The position numbers were made by a program, and so were the translations under genes. Shown piece by piece: positions 38,646 to 47,852 of a stretch of 64,000 nt of DNA. Positions within the stretch are counted from its first letter, which is position 1, and each line of letters opens with the position of its first letter. Source of the stretch: an uncultured Actinomycetota bacterium (GTDB lineage: Bacteria; Actinomycetota; Actinomycetes; JAFAQI01); contig CAVYQE010000011.1 in assembly GCA_963770565.1 (NCBI GenBank), forward strand, positions 352,001 through 416,000, given 5' to 3'. The notes under the pieces were generated by a model. That model searched no databases. It saw only the letters and a program-made list of their open reading frames with translations, and was not told the origin of the DNA.

Positions 38646-40019
38646 ATGGCTGTACCACCGCCCTCGTCCGGCATCGATGCCGGCCGGGTGGAGGAACTGC
38701 TCGGTCGCGAGCGCGAGCGCTTCATCGCGACCCATCCGCGCTCGATCGACTACCGGCAGCAGGCAGAGCGCTCGCTGCTTTACGGCGTACCGATGAATTG
38801 GATGACCCGCTGGTCGAGCCCCAGCCCGATCGTCGTCGCGGGTGCACACGGGGCCGAGCTCGAGGACATCGACGGCAACACCTATGTCGACCTGTGCCTG
38901 GGCGACACCGGCGCGATGGCTGGTCATGGCCCGAAGCCGGTCGTCGATGCACTCACGGCCCAGATGAGCCGCGGCGCCACATTCATGCTGCCGACCGAGG
39001 ACGCGATCTGGGTCGGCGACGAGATGAGCCGTCGGTTCGGTCTGCCGTACTGGCAGTTCTGCCTGACTGCATCCGATGCGAACCGGTTCGTCCTCCGGCT
39101 GACCCGTCAGATCACCGGCCGGTCGATCATCGTCGTGCACAACTGGTGCTACCACGGCTCGGTCGACGAGACGCTGGCGTCGCTGTCGGACACCGGTACC
39201 GTCGTGCCGCGCGAGGGCAGCGTCGGGCCGTCCCTCGATGTCACAAAGTCGACCCGGGTGGTCGAGATCAACGATCTGGCCGGCCTGGAGAAGGCCCTGG
39301 CCGACGAAGCGGTCGCGTGCGTGCTGGTCGAGCCGGCGCTGACCAACATCGGCATCGTGTTGCCCGATCCCGATTACCACCGCGAGCTGCGCCGAATCAC
39401 CCTCGAGACCGGCACCTTGCTCGTCATCGACGAGACCCACACGATCTGCGCCGGCCCCGGCGGCTACACCGCGCGTGAAGGGCTCGAGCCGGACTTCCTG
39501 ACGATCGGCAAGACGATCGGCGGCGGGGTGCCGGTCGCGGCGTACGGCATGAGTGAAGGCGTGGCCGCGTCGATCGTCGAGCGGACGTTCTGGCAGGAAG
39601 CCGACGTCGGCGGCATCGGCGGAACGCTCGCGGGCAACGCGCTGTCGCTCGCGGCCGCTCGCGCGACGCTGTCCGACGTCCTGACCGCCGCCGCGTTCGA
39701 GCAGATGGAGTCACTCGCGATCCGGCTCTGCGACGGGATCGACTCGGTGATCACGGCCAACCGCGCGCCATGGCACGTGACCCGGCTCGGCTGCCGGGCG
39801 GAGTACCTGTTCAGCCCGGCGATGCCGCGAAACGGCGCCGAGGCCGCCGCTGCCGGCGACGCCGACCTCGACGGTCTGATCCACCTCGCGATGCTCAACC
39901 GGGGGGTCGTGCTCACGCCGTTCCACAACATGGCGCTGATGTCGCCGGCGACGACGGCGGCCCAGATCGATGCGCATACCTCGGCGTTCGAGGAGATCGT
40001 CGCCGACCTGCTGGCCTGA
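38646..40019 (+). CDS. Class III PLP aminotransferase (GSA-aminomutase-like)
   Basis: DIDGNTYVD, YHG, LVIDETHT, TIGKTIGGGVP and GTLAGN. Confidence 0.9.
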   Translation: MAVPPPSSGIDAGRVEELLGRERERFIATHPRSIDYRQQAERSLLYGVPMNWMTRWSSPSPIVVAGAHGAELEDIDGNTYVDLCLGDTGAMAGHGPKPVVDALTAQMSRGATFMLPTEDAIWVGDEMSRRFGLPYWQFCLTASDANRFVLRLTRQITGRSIIVVHNWCYHGSVDETLASLSDTGTVVPREGSVGPSLDVTKSTRVVEINDLAGLEKALADEAVACVLVEPALTNIGIVLPDPDYHRELRRITLETGTLLVIDETHTICAGPGGYTAREGLEPDFLTIGKTIGGGVPVAAYGMSEGVAASIVERTFWQEADVGGIGGTLAGNALSLAAARATLSDVLTAAAFEQMESLAIRLCDGIDSVITANRAPWHVTRLGCRAEYLFSPAMPRNGAEAAAAGDADLDGLIHLAMLNRGVVLTPFHNMALMSPATTAAQIDAHTSAFEEIVADLLA

Positions 40020-40052
40020 CTCCGGCCGGGGCCGCGCCGACCCCGGCGGGAG

Positions 40053-40100
40053 TCGTTGACAACCTCAACGCAGGTTGTTGACAATCCTTCCAGACGACAA
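40053..40100 (+). promoter_or_regulatory. Repeated GACAA / TTGTTGACAA boxes upstream of the eno operon (candidate GntR/FadR operator and promoter)
   Basis: TCGTTGACAA 40053-62, TTGTTGACAA 40075-84 and CAGACGACAA 40091-100 in an AT-richer spacer. Confidence 0.55.
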
Positions 40101-40152
40101 TACCTTGGCCGATCGGGAGCCTCGTTGACGAGGACCGACGCGAGGAGGCTGG

Positions 40153-41451
40153 GTGCCGCACGCCGGCGAACGGGAGATTCGGGCGGTTCACGCCCGAGAG
40201 GTGCTTGACTGCCGTGGTTTGCCCACGGTGCAGGTCGATGTCGTGCTCGGGGACGGGTCGCTCGGCCGCGCCGACGTACCGTCGGGCCGATCGACCGGGG
40301 CCTACGAGGCCCGCGAGCTGCGGGACGGCGGCTCGCGCTATGGCGGGTACGGCGTCCGCCAGGCGGTCGCCAACGTCGTCGACGTGCTCGGGCCGGGGGT
40401 GCTCGGCTGGCCGGCGGATGCCCAGCGCGCTCTCGACGGTCGCCTGATCGAGCTGGACGGCACACCGGACAAGTCGGCGCTGGGCGCCAACGCGCTGCTC
40501 GGGGTCTCACTGGCCGCGGCCCGCGCCGCGGCGACATCGGCCGGGCTGCCGCTGTATCGCTACCTGTCCTCCGACGGTCACCTGCTCCCGGTGCCGTTGG
40601 TGAACCTGATCAATGGCGGACGGCACGCGGCCGGACAGCTGCAGTTCCAGGAATTCATCGTCATCCCGACCGGCGCTCCGACGTTCAGTCAAGCGCTGGC
40701 CGAGAGTTCCGAGGTCAACCTTGCCCTCGGCGAGGTGCTCGAAGCGAAGTACGGCCGCAGTGCGCTCGCTCTCGGCGACGAAGGTGGTTACGTGCCGCCG
40801 GTGTCGGACCCGCGCGAGGCCCTCGAGTTGCTGCACGTCGGTGTCGAGAAGGCCGGCTACACCGGCCGGTTCCAGTACGGGCTCGATTGTGCGGCGACGC
40901 ATTTCTACGACGACGAGGACGGCACCTACCGGTTGGCCGGCACGCCGATGTCGGCCGAGGAGCTGCTCGGGCTCTACCTCGAGCTGATCCGCGACTTCGG
41001 GATCACCACGATCGAGGATCCGTTCGCCGAGGACGACTTCACCAGCTTTGCCGCGTTGACCAAGGAGTCGGGCATCCAGATCGTCGGCGACGACCTGTTC
41101 GTCACCAACACCGCGCGACTGCTTCGCGGGATCGAGGTCGGTGCCGCGAACGCGTTGCTGTGGAAGGTCAACCAGATCGGCACGTTGTCCGAAGCACTCG
41201 ACGCCGCCGCGGTGGCGACCAGTCATGGGTACGGCGTTTGCGTCTCGGAGCGGTCCGGAGAGACCGAGGACCCGATCATCGCCGACCTGGTGGTCGCCCT
41301 CAACGCCGGCCAGATCAAGACCGGCGCACCGGTGCGTGGCGAACGGACGTCGAAATACAACCGGTTGCTGCAGATCGAAGAAGAGCTCGGTACGGCCGCG
41401 CGCTACCCGGGCGCCCAGTTCCCCGCGATCAGCGTGAGCCGCGGCTCGTGA
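40153..41451 (+). CDS. eno: Enolase homolog with non-canonical active-site loops
   Basis: GGRHA, QEF, GDEGG, IEDPF, GDDLFVTN, KVNQIG and QIKTG; but PSGRSTG and SERSGETED. Confidence 0.85.
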   Translation: MPHAGEREIRAVHAREVLDCRGLPTVQVDVVLGDGSLGRADVPSGRSTGAYEARELRDGGSRYGGYGVRQAVANVVDVLGPGVLGWPADAQRALDGRLIELDGTPDKSALGANALLGVSLAAARAAATSAGLPLYRYLSSDGHLLPVPLVNLINGGRHAAGQLQFQEFIVIPTGAPTFSQALAESSEVNLALGEVLEAKYGRSALALGDEGGYVPPVSDPREALELLHVGVEKAGYTGRFQYGLDCAATHFYDDEDGTYRLAGTPMSAEELLGLYLELIRDFGITTIEDPFAEDDFTSFAALTKESGIQIVGDDLFVTNTARLLRGIEVGAANALLWKVNQIGTLSEALDAAAVATSHGYGVCVSERSGETEDPIIADLVVALNAGQIKTGAPVRGERTSKYNRLLQIEEELGTAARYPGAQFPAISVSRGS

Positions 41452-42914
41452 CGATCGAGGCCGCCAAGGCCGATGCGATCGCAGGCGTGGCTGAGCGGGC
41501 GGCCGATCTCGCGCCGATCGCGAACGCCGATCGCCTGCTCGACCACGGCTCCGCGGAGCTGCGGCGGGTCGCCCTCGACGTGGTCGCGGCCGGGCTGCGG
41601 GCGGCCGACCCCGGGGCCGCGGTCGACCGCACGGTCGAGGTCGACGGGAGCCTGCTGCGGGTAGCGGGCCGGACCTTCGACCTCGATGCCGCGGGCTCGA
41701 TCGTCGTACTCGGTGCGGGCAAGGCGAGCCTGCCGATCGCGGCGGCGTTGGAAGCAAAGCTCGGCGACCGGATCAGCCGCGGACTGGTCGTGCGGCGGGC
41801 GGGCGCCCCCGGCACGCTGGAACGCATCGAGGTGATTGACGCCGATCACCCGGTTCCCAGCGAGGCGAGCGTGGTTGCCGGCCGGCGGCTGGTCGAGATG
41901 GCGGCGACCTGTGCGCCCGGCGATCTGCTGATCACCGCGTTCACCGGTGGCTCCTCCGCGCTGGCGTGCCTGCCGCCGGACGGCGTCTCGTTCGAGGCTA
42001 AGCAGGCACTGCACTCGTTGCTGCTCGACTGCGGCGCGTCGATTGCCGAGATCAACGCGGTCCGCAAGCACGTCTCGGCGCTCAAAGGCGGCCGGCTGGC
42101 GATGGTGGCTCGCGGTGCCAGCATCATCAACCTCACACTGTCTGACGTGGTGGGCGATGCGGTCGATCTCTTGTGCGACGTCGTGGTGCAGGACAGCACC
42201 GATCCGGCCGACGCCATCGCCGTGCTCAACCGCTACGGGCTGTGGGACTCCGTCGACCCGCAGATCCGGCACCACCTCACGAGTGACGCGGCAGCCTCGC
42301 CCTCGCTGGCGGATCGCGACATCACGACGTGCGTGCTGGTCACCGGATCGACGGTCGTCGAACGGATGGCGGACCGGGTGCGGGCGATCGGCCGGACCCC
42401 GGTGGTGCTCGGGTCGGCGCTGGCCGGCGACGCGGTCTGCCTCGGCGGGTTGCTCGGGGCCCTCGCCTGTGAGTCGTCGACCCTCGGCCGCCCGTTCCCG
42501 CCGGGCTCGGTGCTTGTCGCGGCCGGTGGTGAGGCCACCGTCTCGATCCACCGCGGGGCGGGTGTCGCGGTCGGACGCGGTGGCCCGAACCAGGAGGAGG
42601 CGATTGCCTTCGCCAAGGCGATCGGCGGCGGCCATGTGCAGGCATCCGGGGTGTTCGTCGACAGCGACGGGTCCGACGGCGGCACGGATGCGGCCGGCGG
42701 CTGTGTCGACGGCGGCACCGTGAGCCGGGCGGCAGAGCTCGGCGTGGATCTTGACTCCGGGATCGCGGCCCACGACTCATCGGCGCTGCTTCAGCAGCTC
42801 GGCGACCTGGTGGTGACCGGACCGACCGGCACGAACATCTCCGACCTGTTGGCGATCGCGATCGACGGAGTCGTCGAGCCGGTGCCCGGCGACTCCGGGG
42901 CGGGCCCGGCATGA
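41448..42914 (+). CDS. Glycerate 2-kinase-like (DUF4147 + MOFRL) protein
   Basis: GAGKAS, HPVP, GGSSAL, INAVRKHVSALKGG, SDVVGD, GGEATV, GGPNQE and GPTGTN. GTGA-coupled to eno. Confidence 0.85.
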   Translation: MTIEAAKADAIAGVAERAADLAPIANADRLLDHGSAELRRVALDVVAAGLRAADPGAAVDRTVEVDGSLLRVAGRTFDLDAAGSIVVLGAGKASLPIAAALEAKLGDRISRGLVVRRAGAPGTLERIEVIDADHPVPSEASVVAGRRLVEMAATCAPGDLLITAFTGGSSALACLPPDGVSFEAKQALHSLLLDCGASIAEINAVRKHVSALKGGRLAMVARGASIINLTLSDVVGDAVDLLCDVVVQDSTDPADAIAVLNRYGLWDSVDPQIRHHLTSDAAASPSLADRDITTCVLVTGSTVVERMADRVRAIGRTPVVLGSALAGDAVCLGGLLGALACESSTLGRPFPPGSVLVAAGGEATVSIHRGAGVAVGRGGPNQEEAIAFAKAIGGGHVQASGVFVDSDGSDGGTDAAGGCVDGGTVSRAAELGVDLDSGIAAHDSSALLQQLGDLVVTGPTGTNISDLLAIAIDGVVEPVPGDSGAGPA

Positions 42915-44530
42915 CCCGGCACGACGTCGTCATCGTCGGCGGCGGCCACAACGGTCTGGTCGCGGCGTTCTACCTGGCTCGGGCCGGCTTGAAGCCGCTG
43001 GTGCTGGAGCGCCGGCCGTTCGTCGGGGGCGCCTGCGTGACCGAGGAGTTCGCGCCCGGGTACCGCGCGTCGACCGGCGCCTATGTTCTCGCGATGCTGA
43101 GGCCGGCGATCTGGCGCGACCTCGAGCTCGACCGGCGCGGGATCGTGGTCAGCCCGGCCGGCCCGTCGCTCAACCTGCTGCCGGACGGTACGTCGCTCCT
43201 GCTCGGCGATGATCCGAACGAGGCGATGGACGCGGTCCGGCACCACTCGGCGCGGGACGCGGTTGCGCTCGGCCGATTCGAGACCGAGCTCGGCCAGCTC
43301 GCCCAGGTGTTGTTGCCGACGATCGACATGGCCGCGCCGGATCCGTCGATGCACCATCTGCGCGACTGGCTGACCGCAGGCCAGATCGCGCGGACCGGGC
43401 TGAAGCAGCGCAAGCAGATCGCCGGCACCCTGCGGTTGCTGGTGGCGTCGGCCGGCGACTACCTCGCGGAGCGGTTCGAGAGCGAAATCGTGAAGGTCGC
43501 ACTTGGTTGGCACGCGATCAACGACAGCCTGGTGGGGCCCTCGAGCCCGGGCACCGGCTACGTGCTCTTGCACGACCACGCATCCGGCGACCCGGACGGC
43601 GGGATCCGGCAGTGGGGCTTCGTCAACGGCGGCATGGGCCGGGTGACCGCGGTGATGGCCGAGGCCGCGATCGAGGCAGGTGCCACGATCCGCACCGACG
43701 CGGAGGTGGCGTCGATCCGCGTCGGCGGCGATCGCGCCACCGGCGTCGTGCTCGTGGGCGGTGAGGAGATCGACTGCGACCTGGTGCTGTCGAACGCCGA
43801 CCCGAAGCGCACCTTCCTCTCGCTGTGCGAGAAGGTCGCCCTGCCTGACGACTTCGTCGCGTCGATGCAGACGTTTCGCTGCGAAGGCACCAGCATCAAG
43901 ATCAACCTCGGCCTCGCGGAGCTGCCGCGGGTGCGCGACGACCGGTCGGGCGATGCGCAGGACTATCACCGCGGAATTCTCGAGATCGGCCCGCCGCTCG
44001 GTGACCTCGACGTCCAGCAGGCGCACGCCCGCCGCGGTACTCCAGGGACCGGCACCCACATCGAGGTCTGTTTCCCCACCGTCCACGACCCCTCGCTCGC
44101 GCCCGAGGGCCGCCACATCGCGACCATCGACGTCAACTCGCAGCCCTACACGCTGGCCGAAGGCGGATGGGACGACATCAAGGAGCAGGTTGCGGACCGG
44201 GTGATCGGCGAGTTGGGTGAGCTGATGCCCAACCTGCCCGGCGCGGTGGTCGCCCGCCAGGTGCTCAGCCCGCTCGACCTCGAGCGGGTGCTCGGGATGA
44301 CCGGTGGGCACGCCCTGCACGGCGACATGACCCTGGACCAGCTGTTCATCTTCCGCCCGACGCTGCATTACTCCGACTACCGCACTCCGGTCGAAGGCTT
44401 GTATCTGTGCGGCGCAGGAACTCATCCCGGTGGTGGTGTGACCGGCGCCAACGGGCGCAACTGCGCGGCCGCAGTGATCTCCGATCGACGCCGGGGTCGG
44501 CGCCGGTGGTCCGGCCGGTCGGCATCATGA
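42911..44530 (+). CDS. FAD-dependent oxidoreductase, phytoene-desaturase/PYROXD2-like
   Basis: IVGGGHNGLVAA, VGGACVTEE, GGMG, DPSLAPEG and LYLCGAGTHPGGGVTG. Confidence 0.9.
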   Translation: MTRHDVVIVGGGHNGLVAAFYLARAGLKPLVLERRPFVGGACVTEEFAPGYRASTGAYVLAMLRPAIWRDLELDRRGIVVSPAGPSLNLLPDGTSLLLGDDPNEAMDAVRHHSARDAVALGRFETELGQLAQVLLPTIDMAAPDPSMHHLRDWLTAGQIARTGLKQRKQIAGTLRLLVASAGDYLAERFESEIVKVALGWHAINDSLVGPSSPGTGYVLLHDHASGDPDGGIRQWGFVNGGMGRVTAVMAEAAIEAGATIRTDAEVASIRVGGDRATGVVLVGGEEIDCDLVLSNADPKRTFLSLCEKVALPDDFVASMQTFRCEGTSIKINLGLAELPRVRDDRSGDAQDYHRGILEIGPPLGDLDVQQAHARRGTPGTGTHIEVCFPTVHDPSLAPEGRHIATIDVNSQPYTLAEGGWDDIKEQVADRVIGELGELMPNLPGAVVARQVLSPLDLERVLGMTGGHALHGDMTLDQLFIFRPTLHYSDYRTPVEGLYLCGAGTHPGGGVTGANGRNCAAAVISDRRRGRRRWSGRSAS

Positions 44531-45912
44531 CGGCCGGGGGCTTCGATGGCCGACCGGTGCCCGATCTCGTGACGGCATTGCCCGGCCCGAAGAGCCAGGC
44601 GATCCGGGCGCGTGAGCGCGCCGTGCTCTATCGCGGCACCGGTGAGCATCTCGCGCCGGTCGTCATGGCCCGCAAGTCCGGCTACGTGATCGAGGACGTC
44701 GACGGCAACCTGTTGCTCGACATGGCGAGTGCCTCGGCGTCAGTGCCGCTTGGCGCGTCCCCGCCGCGGATGGTCGAGGCCGCGTCGGCGGCACTCGCGC
44801 GGTTCGGCAACGAAGACACCCATGCGTTCACCAGCGAGTACGTCGCGCCGCTCGCCGAGCGCCTGATCGAGTTGTCTCCGCCGCGCTGCACCCGGGTCGA
44901 CATCGCGTTGAACGGCACGGAGGCGATCGAGATCGCGGTGCGGCTGATGCGCCGTGCGACCGGCCGGCCGATCATCATCGGCTTCCTCGGTGGCTATCAC
45001 GGCGAGTCCTCGACGACCGCGTCGCTCGGTGCCGAGGCCGCGGAGATCAGCCGTGGGGTCCGGGGTCTCGTACCCGGCTTCGTGCATGTCCCGTATCCCA
45101 ACCCGTATCGCAACCCCTTCGGCGCACCGCGGCCGGGCGGCTGCGGTGACGCGACCATCGACTATCTGCGCGACTTTCTGCTGTTCCACGCCATCGACCC
45201 GGCCGACGTCGCGGGCGTCATCATCGAGCCGGTGCTCGGATCGGGCGGGGTCGTGGTGCCGCCTCCGACGTTCTTCCCGGCGTTGGCGCAGTTGTGCGAC
45301 GAGCACGAATGGCTGCTGTGCGCCGACGAGGTCAAGAGCGGCTGCGGGCGCACCGGCACCTTCCTCGCGGTCGAGCGGCTCGGAGCCGACCCGGACCTGA
45401 TCTGCCTCGGCAAGGGCCTGGGTGGGGGAGTCATGCCGATCGGCGCGGTGCTCGGCTCCGAGCGCGTGCTCGGCGAGTTCGACGACGTCTCGACCGGGAG
45501 CACGTGGGCCTGGCTGCCGGCCAGCTGCGCGGTCGCACTGGTGATGCTCGAGGAGATCACCAATCCCGGTGTGCTCGAGCACGTCAGGGCGATCGAGGCC
45601 AGGTCGCAAGAGGTCTTCGGCCGGTTGCTCGACCGGTTCGACGCAGTCGGCGACGTACGGTCCGTCGGAGCACTGACCGCGGTGGAGTTCGTCACGGATC
45701 GGGACAGCAAGCAGCGCGACACACAGCTTCAGGATCGAGTCGCGCAGGAGATGTTCAACCGCGGCCTGGTCGCGGACTCGAGCACGACGTCGCTGAACAT
45801 CCAACCGTCGTTGATCACACCGCTGGAGGTGATCGACCAGGCGGCGGACATCGTCGCTGACTCGATCCGAGCGGCGATGGCCCAACCGAGATCCGGGGAT
45901 GCCGAGCGCTAG
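44527..45912 (+). CDS. Class III PLP aminotransferase (GabT-like)
   Basis: LPGPKS, DVDGN, NGTEAIE, GYHG, IIEPVLG, DEVKSGCGRTG and LGKGLGGG. Confidence 0.9.
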   Translation: MTAGGFDGRPVPDLVTALPGPKSQAIRARERAVLYRGTGEHLAPVVMARKSGYVIEDVDGNLLLDMASASASVPLGASPPRMVEAASAALARFGNEDTHAFTSEYVAPLAERLIELSPPRCTRVDIALNGTEAIEIAVRLMRRATGRPIIIGFLGGYHGESSTTASLGAEAAEISRGVRGLVPGFVHVPYPNPYRNPFGAPRPGGCGDATIDYLRDFLLFHAIDPADVAGVIIEPVLGSGGVVVPPPTFFPALAQLCDEHEWLLCADEVKSGCGRTGTFLAVERLGADPDLICLGKGLGGGVMPIGAVLGSERVLGEFDDVSTGSTWAWLPASCAVALVMLEEITNPGVLEHVRAIEARSQEVFGRLLDRFDAVGDVRSVGALTAVEFVTDRDSKQRDTQLQDRVAQEMFNRGLVADSSTTSLNIQPSLITPLEVIDQAADIVADSIRAAMAQPRSGDAER

Positions 45913-45927
45913 GAAGGGAGTCGGCCC

Positions 45928-46893
45928 ATGAACTGGACCGAGTACCTCGTCAAACGGGTGGCGTTCACCATCGTGACGATCTTCGTCGCGATCTCGTTGA
46001 ACTTCCTGCTGTTCCGCGTGCTGCCAGGCACTGCGGTCACCAACCTGGCCCGCATCCCCAACGCCTCGCTCGCACTCAAGCGGCACCTGCGCGCCGAGTT
46101 CGGCCTGAACCTCTCACTGCGCGCGCAGTACTGGGACTACCTCAAGCAGCTCGCGCACGGCAACCTCGGCGTTTCGTTCGCCAACCAGCAGCCGGTCTCG
46201 ACGAACCTGAAGAACGCGCTCTACAACACGCTCCCGGTGGTCACGATCGCGACCGTGCTTTCACTGATCGTGGGCATCGGCACCGGCGTGCTCTCCGCGT
46301 GGCGGCGCGGTTCGTTGACCGACCAAATCAGCACCAACACTGCGATCGTGCTCTATGCCTTGCCGACCCAGTGGATCGCCCTCGTGCTGCTGATCGCCTT
46401 CTCGAAGTACCTCCCGACCGCCGGCACGTCCAACCCGTTCGCGGTCGTGTCGCCGCCGTTCTGGCAACACCTCGATGACGTGCTTGCGCACATGATCCTT
46501 CCGGCCATCACGCTGGTCCTCACCCTGTACGGCGGCAATACGCTCATCGTCCGGTCGGCCTTGCTCGAGACGCTCGGCGAGGACTACATGCTGACGGCGC
46601 GGGCGAAGGGAATCGGGCGCGGCCGAATGATGTGGTCACACGCCCTGCGTAACGCGATGTTGCCGATCACCACGCTGGTCACGCTGTCGCTGGGCTCGAT
46701 CGTCGCCGGCGCGATCCTGATGGAAGTGGTGTTCTCCTGGCCGGGGATCGGCTCCGCGCTCTACCAGGCCGTTCAGCAACGGGACTACCCGATGCTGCAG
46801 GGCGGCTTCCTGATCTTCACGGTCTCGGTGGTGCTGTTCAACCTCATCGCCGATCTTCTGTACTTCCGGCTCGACCCGAGGATCTCGCAGTGA
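45928..46893 (+). CDS. Peptide/nickel-type ABC transporter permease (DppB-like)
   Basis: GNLGVSF, EDYMLTARAKG, HALRNA, FSWPGIG and LDPRI. Confidence 0.93.
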   Translation: MNWTEYLVKRVAFTIVTIFVAISLNFLLFRVLPGTAVTNLARIPNASLALKRHLRAEFGLNLSLRAQYWDYLKQLAHGNLGVSFANQQPVSTNLKNALYNTLPVVTIATVLSLIVGIGTGVLSAWRRGSLTDQISTNTAIVLYALPTQWIALVLLIAFSKYLPTAGTSNPFAVVSPPFWQHLDDVLAHMILPAITLVLTLYGGNTLIVRSALLETLGEDYMLTARAKGIGRGRMMWSHALRNAMLPITTLVTLSLGSIVAGAILMEVVFSWPGIGSALYQAVQQRDYPMLQGGFLIFTVSVVLFNLIADLLYFRLDPRISQ

Positions 46894-47852
46894 CGAGCGT
46901 CGCGGTTGCCCCCACTCCGGTGGTGCCGCCCCGCCAGTCGAGCCTGCGGCGCGGTTGGCACAGCTTCGTGTCCCTTCTGCGGCAGCGGCCATCGGCGGCG
47001 GTCGGCCTGGGAATCCTGCTGTTCTTCGTGATCATCGCGCTGATCGCACCGTGGATCGCGCCGCACTCGACCCAGGCCGCTAGCGGCCCGGTGTACGCCG
47101 GCCCATCAGCCCATCACTGGTTCGGCACCGACGACGGCGGCGTCGACGTACTGAGCCTGGTGCTCGTCGGCGGGCGGGTCTCGCTCGTCGTCGGCGCGGC
47201 TGCCACCGGTGTCGCGATGGGTGTCGGCGGGCTGATTGGGATCCTGTCCGGCTACTTCGGTGGCTGGATCGACATGTTGCTGATGCGGATCACGGACTAC
47301 TTCCTCGTCGTACCCGACTTGGTCCTGATGATCGTGGTCGCGACTTTGTGGGGTCCGAGCCTGTCGCACGTGATCCTGGTGATCGGCCTGCTGCTGTGGA
47401 CTTCGACCGCCCGCATCGTGCGCGCGGAGGTGAAGAGCGTGCGGGAGCGGGTGTACGTGCGCCGGGCGCGCACGATGGGTGCGGGACACCTGACCACCGT
47501 CTTCCGGCACGTGCTGCCGCAGATCGCGCCGTTGCTCATCGCGAATACGGTGCTCAGTGTCGCGATCGCGATCTTCGACGAGACCTCGCTGGACTTCCTT
47601 GGCCTCGGCGACCCCAACGGCACGAGCTGGGGCATCATCCTCGAGCACGCGAACGACCGGACCGCGGTGAGCTACGGAGCCTGGTGGACGGTCGTCCCGC
47701 CGGGCGTGTGCATCGCCGCGGTCATTGTCGGTTGCTACCTGCTCGGCCAGGCCCTCGAGGATGCCCTGAACCCGAGGTTGCGGATCTCGCACTTCGCGTT
47801 TCGCAGCTGGCGGTTGCGACCACTCGTCGGGCGCGGGAAGGACGCGCTATGA
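46890..47852 (+). CDS. Peptide/nickel-type ABC transporter permease (DppC-like)
   Basis: HWFGTD, HVLP, LDFLGLG, SWG and ALNPR. Confidence 0.93.
   Translation: MTSVAVAPTPVVPPRQSSLRRGWHSFVSLLRQRPSAAVGLGILLFFVIIALIAPWIAPHSTQAASGPVYAGPSAHHWFGTDDGGVDVLSLVLVGGRVSLVVGAAATGVAMGVGGLIGILSGYFGGWIDMLLMRITDYFLVVPDLVLMIVVATLWGPSLSHVILVIGLLLWTSTARIVRAEVKSVRERVYVRRARTMGAGHLTTVFRHVLPQIAPLLIANTVLSVAIAIFDETSLDFLGLGDPNGTSWGIILEHANDRTAVSYGAWWTVVPPGVCIAAVIVGCYLLGQALEDALNPRLRISHFAFRSWRLRPLVGRGKDAL

Noticed and set aside
38646-40019. hemL call
   Set aside because: Lacks typical HemL motifs (NSPVR, SGTEA, DEVMTGFR) and has no hem neighbours
40887-41447. Apparent N-terminal extensions or fusions in the ORF track (kinase 40887, ABC ATPase 47348, crcB 29105, MFS 37220)
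   Set aside because: The real starts are at downstream GTGA/ATGA overlaps; the extensions overlap upstream genes
42911-44530. Carotenoid biosynthesis (crtI)
   Set aside because: No crtB or crtE nearby; the context is amine metabolism and import
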